From positions 1 to 55,554 of IMG/VR virus record IMGVR_UViG_3300045988_021851: 55,554 nt of DNA, one strand, 5' to 3'. Below, in pieces: positions 1 through 8,610 of this stretch (position 1 is the first letter of the stretch; every line of letters starts with the position of its first letter). The notes under the pieces were generated by a model. It ran no database searches and was not told where the DNA came from. It worked only from the letters and a program-made list of their open reading frames with translations. This DNA is from a virus. A program made the translations under genes and the position numbers.

Positions 1-77
1 CACAGCCTTGATTGCATCATCCTTTTTCTTTGGCTTTCTCAATCGTTCTTTAACTTCATTGCCGATGCAGTCTTGGC
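1..77. repeat. terminal overlap: bases 1-77 are identical to 55478-55554, so the contig closes on itself (unique length 55477 bp)
   Basis: Direct comparison of the first and last 77 bases (cacagccttgattgcatc...gatgcagtcttggc); a - strand ORF is continuous across the junction. Confidence 0.95.
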
Positions 78-246
78 AATCAAACTTATTTTCATCTATC
101 GTCATAAACAACCTACCGCATTTCGGGCATATTCTTGTATACACAGTTCTTCCAGCCTTTTTAAAATTTCTAAACTGCGCAAATCTTTTGGCGCATTTTG
201 GTCTACAGTATTTTTGATCTGGTCGCTTCGGCTCAAATTCAGCCAT
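1..246 (-). CDS. small zinc-ribbon protein, 5' portion (ORF leaves the left edge and continues at 55477..55397; 108 aa in total)
   Basis: ATG at 246 (MAEFEPKRPDQKYCRPKCAKRF..CPKCG..CQDC); frame stays open through the overlap and ends TGA at 55397-55399. Confidence 0.6.
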   Translation of the reverse strand, partial: MAEFEPKRPDQKYCRPKCAKRFAQFRNFKKAGRTVYTRICPKCGRLFMTIDENKFDCQDCIGNEVKERLRKPKKKDDAIKAV

Positions 247-402
247 ACAGTATTCACATAATTTCAATTTTTACCTCCAATCTTTTGTAAGGGCGGCACG
301 GTAAGCGCACCGCCAAAACATGGCTTTCAATAAAGTTTGTGATAACTATTCGCCAAACAAGACAGTTTCTTTTAGGCTTTCGCCAAAGGTGTTTCAACCT
401 AA

Positions 403-606
403 TTATTCCTCGATTACTTCAAGTTCGCGCTCGCTTAAAGCGCTGAACTCGCTTAATCCATAACTGCTAAGTGCTTTTCCAGGAGAATATGCCGATTCTT
501 TTGCGCAATATGGCACATCATTGGTTTCTAATGCAATAACGATTTCTCCCGGTTTAAAAAACCCATAATCATCACTAATAACTCTGCACTTTGTTCCTTT
601 TTTCAT
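403..606 (-). CDS. hypothetical protein (67 aa)
   Basis: ORF track 403..630; AAAGGAG 8 nt before the ATG at 606 favours the internal start MKKGTKCRV. Confidence 0.55.
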   Translation of the reverse strand: MKKGTKCRVISDDYGFFKPGEIVIALETNDVPYCAKESAYSPGKALSSYGLSEFSALSERELEVIEE

Positions 607-617
607 GCTTTCTCCTT

Positions 618-1360
618 TCAGAACGGGCAAAGGTTCATATCAACCTCTAACCCTTTTTCTGCAACATAAACATTTGCTGCATATTCAATTGCTTCTTTCG
701 TTCGTTGTAGGAATAACGCGGGATCTCCGCTTGTGTCCGATAAGTGTATTAAAACGACATTTCGTAAAGCTGGGTTGTCGTTCGTCTGAATAAATTTAAG
801 TGCCGTATCAAGGCTCATGTGGCCTCGCAAACGGTGCTCGTAATTTGGCTCATTCCGGTCTACCAAGTCCATGCTATAATTGGCTTCAACCATGATATGT
901 TCAATGTTCAGCTTTGAAAAATTGTACTTGCAATATTCCAAGTCGGTCAAGAATAACAGCTTGCCCATTTCCTCATGCTTGATTAAATAGCCGTAGCACT
1001 CAATTTCTGTGTCATGCGGTACATTGAATGGTGTAACCGTAAAACTGCCGATTTGCCGTGCTGTGCGCGGTTGAATGGCTATTGTACGCTCTCCTGTAAT
1101 GGTTTCAAGTGCTGTCTGTGTTTCAAATGCCGTGTAAACCGGAATGCCGGATTTCATGAAATCTTTTATGTATCGCGCATGGTCTCCTAACCATGCTCAT
1201 GTGAGACGATACATCCTGCAACATCAGAAATACGCCAATCAATCATTTTCTTAAAATCAAGAAATTTCACACCTGCTTCGATGGCAAGAATCTCACCACT
1301 GCTGCTGATTAAAGCGTAACTGTTGCCTGCTGATGATGAACCGCAACATCTCATGAACAT
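618..1360 (-). pseudogene. metallo-beta-lactamase-fold hydrolase/nuclease gene split by a frameshift inside the HxHxDH motif
   Basis: ATG 1360 (RBS GTGAGGTGG) gives 57 codons ending ..IVSHEHG then TAG at 1187-1189. The rest (GDHARYIKDFMKSGIP.. to 618) is in the -1 frame. Removing 5 nt (GGTTA) would restore HEHGDH. Confidence 0.7.
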
Positions 1361-1377
1361 TAAACCACCTCACTTTC

Positions 1378-1560
1378 TTAATACAAATACTGTAGAATCG
1401 GGTATAAAAACTGACCGAATATTATAAGAATCCACATAACTGGGATAAATACATCACTTTCCCAAACTTCCTCTTGCTTAATTTTCTTGTAAATATGAAA
1501 TCCAATCACCCAAACAAGCCAAGGAATATATGCTATTAGTCCGAATAATACTTTTCCCAT
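1378..1560 (-). CDS. small membrane protein (60 aa)
   Basis: ORF track; two hydrophobic stretches (LFGLIAYIPWLVWVIGF, VFIPVMWILIIFGQFLY). Confidence 0.5.
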   Translation of the reverse strand: MGKVLFGLIAYIPWLVWVIGFHIYKKIKQEEVWESDVFIPVMWILIIFGQFLYPILQYLY

Positions 1561-1563
1561 ACC

Positions 1564-1893
1564 CTACTCCAATTCTTCCTCTGTCGGGAACTGAAAATAT
1601 TCTGATGTAGCTTTCTCAAACATTTCTTTACTTAACGCTTGGGTAAATTCCGTGAAGTGTTCTGAATTGGCAATATGATGATAAAATTCATTATTTTCAT
1701 ACGCAATTCTAAGCATTTCCATAGCCTTTTTTGCTTTTTCTTTTGTGGAATAATCTGCAACATCTACTGAATCATCATATCCACATATCTGCATTCTCAC
1801 ATAAACGCGCCCATTTATACATCCTGCATATAAAGAAACCGAACTGCTATCATACGGAAAATCCTTTGTTCCATCCTGCGATATAACTCTCAT
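1564..1893 (-). CDS. hypothetical protein (109 aa)
   Basis: ORF track; GGAGGAG immediately upstream of the ATG at 1893; tightly packed in the - strand operon. Confidence 0.6.
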   Translation of the reverse strand: MRVISQDGTKDFPYDSSSVSLYAGCINGRVYVRMQICGYDDSVDVADYSTKEKAKKAMEMLRIAYENNEFYHHIANSEHFTEFTQALSKEMFEKATSEYFQFPTEEELE

Positions 1894-1902
1894 AGACTCC
1901 TC

Positions 1903-2115
1903 CTATCTGAAAAACAAAAACCAAATAAGTGCCACGAACGAATCAATGAGTGCTGCGATAAACACGATTACAAGAACAACCCTGCCAAAAGTGACCTTGT
2001 AAGGAACACCGAGAGAATGACGTATTTCTTCTTCTAAACTAATGCCGGAAACAACAAACTTTCCTATAACGAAAAACAACACCCATAACAAAATTGCTAA
2101 TTTTACAAAAATCAT
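1903..2115 (-). CDS. small membrane protein (70 aa)
   Basis: ORF track; two long hydrophobic segments. Confidence 0.5.
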   Translation of the reverse strand: MIFVKLAILLWVLFFVIGKFVVSGISLEEEIRHSLGVPYKVTFGRVVLVIVFIAALIDSFVALIWFLFFR

Positions 2116-2129
2116 TCTTCATATCCTCC

Positions 2130-3194
2130 CTAATCTTTCATAAAATCCGGCAAATTCTCGTCATTCTCTGCCGATTCAACAACTTCCGCTTCGACTGCTG
2201 CGCTTTCAACTTCTTTTGCTTCCGCATCTACAACAAAATCCTCTGAATTGGCGTTCTCGGCAATTTCTTCCTGCGTCTGCTGATATGTTTCATCCATCTG
2301 TATAAGTGACTGTGTAGCCATAGCGTTAAGGTCTTTCGGGTGTTTCTTGATTGCATTATTACGCATCTTGCGAATAATCATAGCTTCGGAAGTTTCTCTC
2401 CACGCCGCGCTCATATAAGGTCTTGCCGCTTCACAAGCAAGCATTTCTTCCAATGTCTTGCATCCGAGAAGTGCACTGATAATCTCGTCCTTTTTAGCCT
2501 TAATTTCAGCCTTTTGCTTGTCGGTTGCCTTGCGCTTATTCTCGCAAATTCCAAACGTTTCATTCAAAAGATTGTTGCGCACATGAGCCAAAAGGTTTCC
2601 TTTTACACCTTCTCGCTCGGCAATCATATATTCAATCTTTCCGCCGTCCATCTCGACCGGATAAACAACGCGAATGACTTTCTGTGACAATCCCTTTTCT
2701 TCCCATTCCGGTGGTGTAATCTCAACGCCTTTATGTTTCGGGTATGAAAATTCATCTCCTTCTTTCACAAGCCATACCGGATAGACTTTTTTAACGCCAA
2801 CGCCGAAGTTGCGAAGAAGTGCATCGTTTCCGTCTCCCTCGATTCCCATCTCAACCTCTTTATACCAATTTCCATTGGCATCCTGCTTATTTCTTAACTG
2901 GAAATAACACTCTCTCGGTACTGCATTTGCATTAAGTTTAAGGCTGGAAACCTGCCCGATAACCTGCCGCAAATTAGAACCATTCAGATTTTCCATAGCT
3001 GCCTTATTTGATGTAACAAGGTTGTAAATCGCACTCATTGATGCCATAACGCACTGTTTTGAATAATCATCAAATACAAGACCATGTTCCTCGAAATCTC
3101 GCTCCATAAGTCCGATGTACTGGTTTGCGTAGAACGAAAGCCTTGTATTCATTTCCTGCTTAACTGCTACTTCCTGTTTCTTTGCTTCTGCCAT
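2130..3194 (-). CDS. putative single-strand annealing protein (RecT-like by size and context)
   Basis: 354-aa ORF between an SbcC-like ATPase and an MBL-fold gene, near an SSB-like gene; acidic C-terminal tail. Family assignment could not be verified without a search. Confidence 0.45.
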   Translation of the reverse strand: MAEAKKQEVAVKQEMNTRLSFYANQYIGLMERDFEEHGLVFDDYSKQCVMASMSAIYNLVTSNKAAMENLNGSNLRQVIGQVSSLKLNANAVPRECYFQLRNKQDANGNWYKEVEMGIEGDGNDALLRNFGVGVKKVYPVWLVKEGDEFSYPKHKGVEITPPEWEEKGLSQKVIRVVYPVEMDGGKIEYMIAEREGVKGNLLAHVRNNLLNETFGICENKRKATDKQKAEIKAKKDEIISALLGCKTLEEMLACEAARPYMSAAWRETSEAMIIRKMRNNAIKKHPKDLNAMATQSLIQMDETYQQTQEEIAENANSEDFVVDAEAKEVESAAVEAEVVESAENDENLPDFMKD

Positions 3195-3234
3195 AATTAT
3201 TTATTCCTCGCTTTCTCCGGCATCTACCGGCTCT

Positions 3235-3456
3235 TCATACTTTTTCACAACAACATTGTCCATTGTCAATCAGCAAAAGAAATTCATGCTTATCCGTTTT
3301 GACTTTGTACCCATCATAAGATGCACCGCCCATTAAACAGCTCATTATCTGCATGATGCCAAGCCTAGACCCATTGCTACCATTTAACGAACCGGTATTT
3401 TCTAAAGATACATTCGTTATTTCTTCGATGCTTAAAATTTTCCCTAACGTTTCCAT
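3235..3456 (-). CDS. hypothetical protein (73 aa)
   Basis: ORF track; adjacent to the upstream ATPase gene (its stop is at 3458). Confidence 0.5.
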   Translation of the reverse strand: METLGKILSIEEITNVSLENTGSLNGSNGSRLGIMQIMSCLMGGASYDGYKVKTDKHEFLLLIDNGQCCCEKV

Positions 3457-3457
3457 C

Positions 3458-5443
3458 CTACACGCCCTCCACTTTCAACTGCTTGTCCTCTGAAACACTC
3501 AAAAGAATTAACTGTGCATCCATATCCGGCACATTAAACTCATTCAGCGATTCCGCATTATCAACAAAAATCGGTACGCTCACGCCATATAACTCACTAA
3601 GAGAACGGATAATATCAAGTCCGGCTACGATTCTGTGACCGCTGTTTAAAGTCGAATACGGAACACCATTTACAGTACACTCACAGCAATCTTTCATGCC
3701 GCCATTTAATTGCATTTCGAAGAGTTTGAAATTAACTGTCTTAAAATGGCTATTGATAGATTCAGAAACCTTATTAAGTTTGAAACGAATGAACTCTTCC
3801 AGTAAGTAAAGCATCTGTTCTTGGTCTGCAACTTTCTGCCCGATTTCTTTCTGCTCGTCACGAAGCGTTTCGATACGATCATCAATCATAACGTTGTTAG
3901 CCGCCTGCGCGATAACCTTATTTACTTCGTCAAGCTGACTCTTCAATTTTTCCTTATCAGCTTTTGCGTAATCAGTCACCTTATCTGCGCCCTTGGATTC
4001 TAGCTCTGCAATATCAGCACACAATTCATCCCGTTTAGCCTTTAACTTTGCATATTCTACGTTCTGCATAAAATAATCAGCACAAGAAGGAATCTTAGGA
4101 ATCTGTTCATCAAATCCTTTGATAATGTCAATTTCTTCCGCTTCATTAAGTTTCAAGGTGTTAATTTTGTTTTCCAATTCTTTGTTATTCTTTGTCAGAT
4201 CCTTAATCATTTCAGCGCACGCATTTCCATCATCAACAATCATGGCAAGTGTTTTCGCGTGTTCTTCATTAAATATTTCGATTGCATCTGCCTTTCTCTG
4301 CGAAAAATCGGCTCTTAAAGACTCTATTTTATCTTCCGGCAATCTTTGTCCGCATAACGAACAAACCGTTGTAGATTCGTCAAATACCCACTTGGAATCA
4401 TCAAATTTCTTCACTACTTCCTCGTTGTACTTTTTTACAAGGTCAGCTTTCTTAAGAGTCTGTTCAGAAATTGATTTCTTATTGCTTTCAATGGAATCCT
4501 GCGCTTTTCTGATTGATGAACGAACATCCTCTAACTTCCGTTCGTGGTCGTATTTTTGGTTCTCAATCTCGCGTTTCTTGCTTGAAAGCTCGTTATTCAT
4601 GGTCTGCGCGATAGCTGACATTTCAAACTGACAATGCATTTCTTCGCTGCGCATTTCATCAATCCGCGCATCAGATTTCCCAATTAAATCTTCAAGTGCT
4701 TCAATCTTTCTCTCTAAATCGGCTTTTAACAACTCCTGTTCTGCAACATCAACGTCAACCTTGGATTTCTCGGCTTCATCAATACGCACCGGGATTTCAG
4801 CCTGTTTCTTCTTCCATTCGGATAACGCTTTGGAAAACTTGGCACGAATATCATCTGTGGATGGCGCTTTTTCCAATTCCGCAATCAGTGGCGCATACTT
4901 GACATCTGTCTGCGCAAGTTCCACATCTGAAACCTCTTTCGTAAGTTTCATCAGAATATCGCGCTGATCTTTCCATTTCAGAGAAGAAAAATACTGCGGA
5001 TTTGTCAGCATCTTAAACATTTCCTCGCCCTGCCCCAAACCGGAAATATAAGCCTTAAATTCAGCTTCACTCTTCGGATAACCGTCAATCTCATAAGAAT
5101 TTGGGTTCCCCTGCAATGATACCGTATTAGTTCCGCGCTTCTTAACCCAATTCTGCTTCTGAACCTTGGAAAGTTCCACTTCCTTACCATCTACATCCAA
5201 AACTGCTACAACCTTGATTTCTACATTATCAATTCTGTTTCCGTCCTTATCCAATGGTCTGACATTGAATTTTTCCTCTCCGGCACTGTTCTTGTTAAAA
5301 AGTAACCATGTGAACGCATCAAAAATTGTGGTCTTGCCTGCTGCATTCTGTCCTTTAATACTTGTCTTATTGGAGAAATTCACATCAAGGCTCTTAATAC
5401 CTTTGAAATTCTCCATATGTAACGATTTTAAAATCATTCGCAT
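3458..5443 (-). CDS. SbcC/Rad50-like AAA ATPase (recombination/repair)
   Basis: Walker A GQNAAGKTT near the N-terminus, long coiled-coil middle with a CSLCGQ CxxC hook-like motif, Walker B-like IFVDNAESL at the C-terminus. Confidence 0.75.
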   Translation of the reverse strand: MRMILKSLHMENFKGIKSLDVNFSNKTSIKGQNAAGKTTIFDAFTWLLFNKNSAGEEKFNVRPLDKDGNRIDNVEIKVVAVLDVDGKEVELSKVQKQNWVKKRGTNTVSLQGNPNSYEIDGYPKSEAEFKAYISGLGQGEEMFKMLTNPQYFSSLKWKDQRDILMKLTKEVSDVELAQTDVKYAPLIAELEKAPSTDDIRAKFSKALSEWKKKQAEIPVRIDEAEKSKVDVDVAEQELLKADLERKIEALEDLIGKSDARIDEMRSEEMHCQFEMSAIAQTMNNELSSKKREIENQKYDHERKLEDVRSSIRKAQDSIESNKKSISEQTLKKADLVKKYNEEVVKKFDDSKWVFDESTTVCSLCGQRLPEDKIESLRADFSQRKADAIEIFNEEHAKTLAMIVDDGNACAEMIKDLTKNNKELENKINTLKLNEAEEIDIIKGFDEQIPKIPSCADYFMQNVEYAKLKAKRDELCADIAELESKGADKVTDYAKADKEKLKSQLDEVNKVIAQAANNVMIDDRIETLRDEQKEIGQKVADQEQMLYLLEEFIRFKLNKVSESINSHFKTVNFKLFEMQLNGGMKDCCECTVNGVPYSTLNSGHRIVAGLDIIRSLSELYGVSVPIFVDNAESLNEFNVPDMDAQLILLSVSEDKQLKVEGV

Positions 5444-5685
5444 TTTTGTCTCACCCTTTCTTTAAATTCTCTTCTCAGTCTATCGAAATGCTTTTCGTTC
5501 TCCGTGTATCCGCTCAAAGTTTCGATTGTCAGCATATCTGTTGTATCCTGTTTGCATCCGCGCAATCTGATATTATCTTCATGTTCTTTTGTAATGTATC
5601 CGTGTAACATGTTGATATGTAACTTGCACTCAATCAGTTCTTCATACTCTTCTTTTGGAACATAAACATAATTTTCTTCCCCCAT
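5434..5685 (-). CDS. hypothetical protein (83 aa)
   Basis: ORF track; overlaps the downstream ATPase start by 10 nt (coupled). Confidence 0.55.
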   Translation of the reverse strand: MGEENYVYVPKEEYEELIECKLHINMLHGYITKEHEDNIRLRGCKQDTTDMLTIETLSGYTENEKHFDRLRREFKERVRQKCE

Positions 5686-5686
5686 G

Positions 5687-6268
5687 TTACACCCCCACGA
5701 TTCCTTTTATTGATAACTCATATGTAACTTTTTCCACAACGTGACCATCTTTACACGTTTTCTTATATCTCCGGCTCTGCAATCTACCGTATGTGCTTAC
5801 CTTATCGCCTAAAGCAAGTGAGTCAGTATATTCTGCACACTTTCCCCATGTGATACAGGTGATCAAATCCTCTTTTCCGTTTTCTCTTATGTTTTTGAGT
5901 TTCACATCACAGATTTTACGACCAAGTGGCGTTTCTCTAAGTTGCTTTTCCTCGATAATTCCATCAAGGCTTACTTCGTTCAAAGGTACATCATCTTTGG
6001 GTTTGATTGCATCAGCCATAACATATGTAAGAATGGCTTCTCCAGATCCGGTTTTTACGTGCCGGGTAATTATCTTTCCCTCGACACATACCGTTCCGCT
6101 AATTCCCGTATCGCTGATTTTTTCATCGAAAAGTACCGGAAGTATATCTGCAACACCGCTTCTTCTTTCAACTCCGATGAAAAATTTATAAAAAATCTTA
6201 CCGCTTGATTTATGGCTTTCCCTTGGTGCTGATACAACATCGCCTATCAGTGTTATTCTGTTCTCCAT
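5687..6268 (-). CDS. putative ssDNA-binding protein (OB-fold, SSB-like)
   Basis: Start MENRITLIGDV with RBS GGAGAGGAG. SSB-like N-terminus and position in the recombination module. The upstream extension to 6394 has no RBS. Confidence 0.45.
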   Translation of the reverse strand: MENRITLIGDVVSAPRESHKSSGKIFYKFFIGVERRSGVADILPVLFDEKISDTGISGTVCVEGKIITRHVKTGSGEAILTYVMADAIKPKDDVPLNEVSLDGIIEEKQLRETPLGRKICDVKLKNIRENGKEDLITCITWGKCAEYTDSLALGDKVSTYGRLQSRRYKKTCKDGHVVEKVTYELSIKGIVGV

Positions 6269-6409
6269 TGCTTCTCCTCTCCATTTCTCTGTCAAGAACC
6301 TTTTCAAAATTTTCTTTATCATTCTGTTTCTTTCGTTTCCCTGCCAAAAGTTCAGCAAGCATACGCTTTTCTTTCGTGGAACATCTCGTGCCACTTATAT
6401 ACACAACGC

Positions 6410-6640
6410 CTACCATTCATCCTCTCTCATTCTGCGTTTTCTCTTGATTCGCTTGTCAAGTTCGGCTCTCTTCCTGTCTACTTCCGACCAGTAATACATG
6501 ATTGCAGCAATTACTGCCCCTACTACGAATTTAATAGCCGACATATTCCCGGACGCGCCCTCACTATCCATATAGCACGCGGCAACTAAGGAATATTCCA
6601 TTGCGACCGCACCTATGATGAATTGGATTACTTTTTTCAT
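6410..6640 (-). CDS. small membrane protein (76 aa)
   Basis: ORF track; two hydrophobic segments followed by a basic C-terminal tail (KRIKRKRRMRE). Confidence 0.5.
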   Translation of the reverse strand: MKKVIQFIIGAVAMEYSLVAACYMDSEGASGNMSAIKFVVGAVIAAIMYYWSEVDRKRAELDKRIKRKRRMREDEW

Positions 6641-6667
6641 TCATGCCCCTTTCTGCCACTTTATAAT

Positions 6668-6943
6668 TTAGTACCAGTCAGAAACAAACGTTCCGAGTAA
6701 CGGACATACAACAACATCTATAAAACGCACGGAACCATCTTCCATGGAATATGTAAAAGCCATTGCAGGTGTGTAAGTCGAATCTCCTGTCTGTATCTGT
6801 GCATCTCTTACAGAGACTCCATATGTTGTTTCCTCGTCAACGAAAATGCTTGAAAAACTTTCCGCAGAGTCAACCTTTGCCAAATAGTTGTCACCGCTAC
6901 GAATTACCCTTGAATTAACTTTCTGAAATTCAAAATTGCTCAT
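6668..6943 (-). CDS. hypothetical protein (91 aa)
   Basis: Internal start MSNFEFQKV with AAAGGAGA RBS; TAA of the upstream small ORF lies 1 nt before the ATG. Confidence 0.55.
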   Translation of the reverse strand: MSNFEFQKVNSRVIRSGDNYLAKVDSAESFSSIFVDEETTYGVSVRDAQIQTGDSTYTPAMAFTYSMEDGSVRFIDVVVCPLLGTFVSDWY

Positions 6944-6944
6944 T

Positions 6945-7106
6945 TTAATTCTCCTTTCCATTATGTGTTTCGTTTTCCTCGCCCTGCTCACTATGTTTCG
7001 AAGCAGAACTCTCAACCATTCCAAGAACATATCCTTTCTGAAAATCTGTCATATTCGGAATGGCATCACGAAGTTTTTCGACAACGCGCTTTTCCTTTTC
7101 ACTCAT
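6945..7106 (-). CDS. hypothetical small protein (53 aa), first RBS-preceded gene of the leftward early operon
   Basis: My own translation: MSEKEKRVVEKLRDAIPNMTDFQKGYVLGMVESSASKHSEQGEENETHNGKEN; AGGAAG before the ATG at 7106; below the ORF-track size cutoff. Confidence 0.5.
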   Translation of the reverse strand: MSEKEKRVVEKLRDAIPNMTDFQKGYVLGMVESSASKHSEQGEENETHNGKEN

Positions 7107-7123
7107 TGAATTCACTTCCTTTC

Positions 7124-7132
7124 CATGATATA
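7124..7132 (+). promoter_or_regulatory. extended -10 promoter element (TGaTATAAT) for the + strand gene 7162..7524
   Basis: tgatataat read at 7124-7132, about 30 nt upstream of the AAGGAGA RBS and ATG at 7162. Confidence 0.5.
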
Positions 7133-7161
7133 ATTCCTTAAAAACTTAAGGAGATTTCCAT

Positions 7162-7524
7162 ATGTGCTACATACCTACTCGTCCACAATTGGATGATTTT
7201 TTCAACAAATCCGTCACAAACATCGAAATGCCTAGATACAAAGATGGCAAATCCCCGATTGAAATGTTGGAAGCTCAAACCACTTTTATTGAGCAAACAA
7301 GCAAAGAACTTCACGATATTGCCGACTCTGCAAAGTTGCAAGCTGATTCAGCTAAAGAGATTGCTGAAAGTTCCAAAACGCAAGCTGATGTTGCATTAAA
7401 AACATCAAGCAAAGCGGATATTAAAGGTTGGATTTCTGTGGTTCTTTCTATCATATGTGCTTTAATGGAATTTGCTGTACATCATTCAGAAATAATTGAT
7501 TTTGTCAAAGCTTTGGCAAAATAA
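7162..7524 (+). CDS. accessory protein with C-terminal transmembrane helix (120 aa)
   Basis: AAGGAGA RBS 7 nt before the ATG; repeat-like DSAKLQADSAKEIAESSKTQAD; hydrophobic WISVVLSIICALMEFAV; own promoter and terminator; opposite strand to its neighbours. Confidence 0.65.
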   Translation: MCYIPTRPQLDDFFNKSVTNIEMPRYKDGKSPIEMLEAQTTFIEQTSKELHDIADSAKLQADSAKEIAESSKTQADVALKTSSKADIKGWISVVLSIICALMEFAVHHSEIIDFVKALAK

Positions 7525-7575
7525 AATGGCAAAAAATCTGAAACAGCAAAGTAAATGCTGAAAGTACTAATGCAG

Positions 7576-7597
7576 CATCTGAAACAGATGGTTTTTT
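7576..7597 (+). terminator. rho-independent terminator of gene 7162..7524
   Basis: CATCTG-aaa-CAGATG hairpin followed by GTTTTTT. Confidence 0.6.
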
Positions 7598-7616
7598 CAC
7601 TTTTGTTTCTCCTTTC

Positions 7617-7687
7617 TTGTACTTTGTACATTCTTATAATAGTACGCCGTACAATCTTTGTCAATAGTTATTTTTGTACATTGTACA
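7617..7687. repeat. operator-like TTGTAC(A) boxes around the leftward promoter
   Basis: TTGTACTTTGTACA at 7617-7630, GTACAA (inverted) at 7649-7654, TTGTACATTGTACA at 7674-7687. Confidence 0.6.
7636..7664 (-). promoter_or_regulatory. leftward (early/lytic) promoter TTGACA-17-TATTAT
   Basis: - strand: TTGACA (7664-7659), 17-nt spacer, TATTAT (7641-7636). Confidence 0.6.
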
Positions 7688-7697
7688 ATTTTTGTCG

Positions 7698-7726
7698 TTG
7701 ACATTTGCGATTGTGACTTGTATAAT
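7698..7726 (+). promoter_or_regulatory. consensus promoter TTGACA-17-TATAAT for the repressor gene
   Basis: TTGACA at 7698-7703, 17-nt spacer, TATAAT at 7721-7726, followed by GAAAGGAGG and the ATG at 7749. Confidence 0.75.
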
Positions 7727-7748
7727 CAAGTTGAAAGGAGGTGTTAAT

Positions 7749-8120
7749 ATGAAGGAGCGCCTAAAGGAGATAAGAAAAAGCAATCCTAATGGGAAAACTC
7801 AGGAAACATTTGCAAATTACTTGGAAATATCAAAAGAAAACATTTCTAGCTACGAATCTGGAAGAAGGAATCCATCAGATGCATTTATTAAACTTGTATG
7901 TGAGAAATGCAACGTTAATGAAGATTGGCTTCGCACCGGAAACGGAGAAATGTTTATGCCGGAAACAAAAGATGAGCAAATTTCAAAAATGCTTGCAGAT
8001 GTTATGAAATCAGAAGACGGAAATTTTAAAAAGAAATTGATTTCTGCTCTAGCGCAGCTAGATAAAGATGGCTGGGATAAACTAGAAGAATTTGTTGATA
8101 TGATTTCAGAGAAGAAATAA
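7749..8120 (+). CDS. XRE-family HTH repressor (CI-like)
   Basis: MKERLKEIRKSNPNGKTQETFANYLEISKENISSYESGRRNP = classic XRE helix-turn-helix; divergent from the early operon. Confidence 0.8.
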   Translation: MKERLKEIRKSNPNGKTQETFANYLEISKENISSYESGRRNPSDAFIKLVCEKCNVNEDWLRTGNGEMFMPETKDEQISKMLADVMKSEDGNFKKKLISALAQLDKDGWDKLEEFVDMISEKK

Positions 8121-8124
8121 AAAT

Positions 8125-8166
8125 AAGCCAAGGGCAATGCGCAAACCCTTGGCTTTCTTCTTATTT
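8125..8166. terminator. bidirectional rho-independent terminator
   Basis: AAGCCAAGGG / CCCTTGGCTT 10-bp stem, 11-nt loop, T-rich tail; lies between convergent genes. Confidence 0.7.
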
Positions 8167-8277
8167 TAACAGTTCTTTTACAAATACGTATATGGCTCGA
8201 AGCCATCTAGTATTGTCGCATTTTTCAATCAATTCAATGATTTTGCTTTTGTAATACTCGTTTTCGTTGTTATCCAT
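8161..8277 (-). CDS. hypothetical small protein (38 aa)
   Basis: My own translation MDNNENEYYKSKIIELIEKCDNTRWLRAIYVFVKELLK; GGGTGGGAG RBS. Confidence 0.35.
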   Translation of the reverse strand: MDNNENEYYKSKIIELIEKCDNTRWLRAIYVFVKELLK

Positions 8278-8484
8278 TGCTCCCACCCTTTCGATTCAAA
8301 TGATAACTAACCTCGACAATTATTGTAGAACATACGTTCTGTATAGTCAATCCCCAATTATGGGCGGAGCCATGCCAAACCCCACCCATGCCAGAACTTG
8401 AAGTGTCCTTTCGGACAAGTCCATAGTATCACTGTAATATGCATGATTTCAACATTTTTCGGTCGCAAGTTTCGACAGAAAATG

Positions 8485-8610
8485 TCATTGCAGAGAAGCG
8501 GAAAGCTGTTTCTCAATCTCTTCTTGCACTTTTGCGCGCCAACGCATCGGCACTTCATCAATCGTCATTTTCTTATCTACAAGAATACGTCTCACGTAGA
8601 ATTTAACCAT
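8485..8610 (-). CDS. XkdX-like small tail-module protein (41 aa)
   Basis: MVKFYVRRILVDKKMTIDEVPMRWRAKVQEEIEKQLSASLQ; TAATG overlap with the upstream gene. Size and position after the tail fibres are typical of XkdX-type proteins. Confidence 0.45.
   Translation of the reverse strand: MVKFYVRRILVDKKMTIDEVPMRWRAKVQEEIEKQLSASLQ

Noticed and set aside
1187-1200. Programmed -1 ribosomal frameshift in the MBL-fold gene
   Set aside because: There is no X XXY YYZ slippery heptamer. The slipped product would read HEHGLGDH and break the HxHxDH spacing. A 5-nt insertion (pseudogene or assembly error) is the simpler explanation.
5687-6394. Long form of the SSB-like ORF starting at 6394 (GTG), and ORF 6210..6416
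   Set aside because: There is no RBS at the upstream starts. The MENRITLIGDV start has a strong GGAGAGGAG site and matches the usual SSB N-terminus.
7505-7600. 31-codon GTG ORF with a strong AAAGGAG RBS after the leftward promoter (possible hydrophobic peptide/toxin)
   Set aside because: It is very short and overlaps both the 3' end and the terminator of the convergent gene. The RBS-like string is the complement of the T-rich terminator tail. It is kept only as a remark in the switch-region finding.
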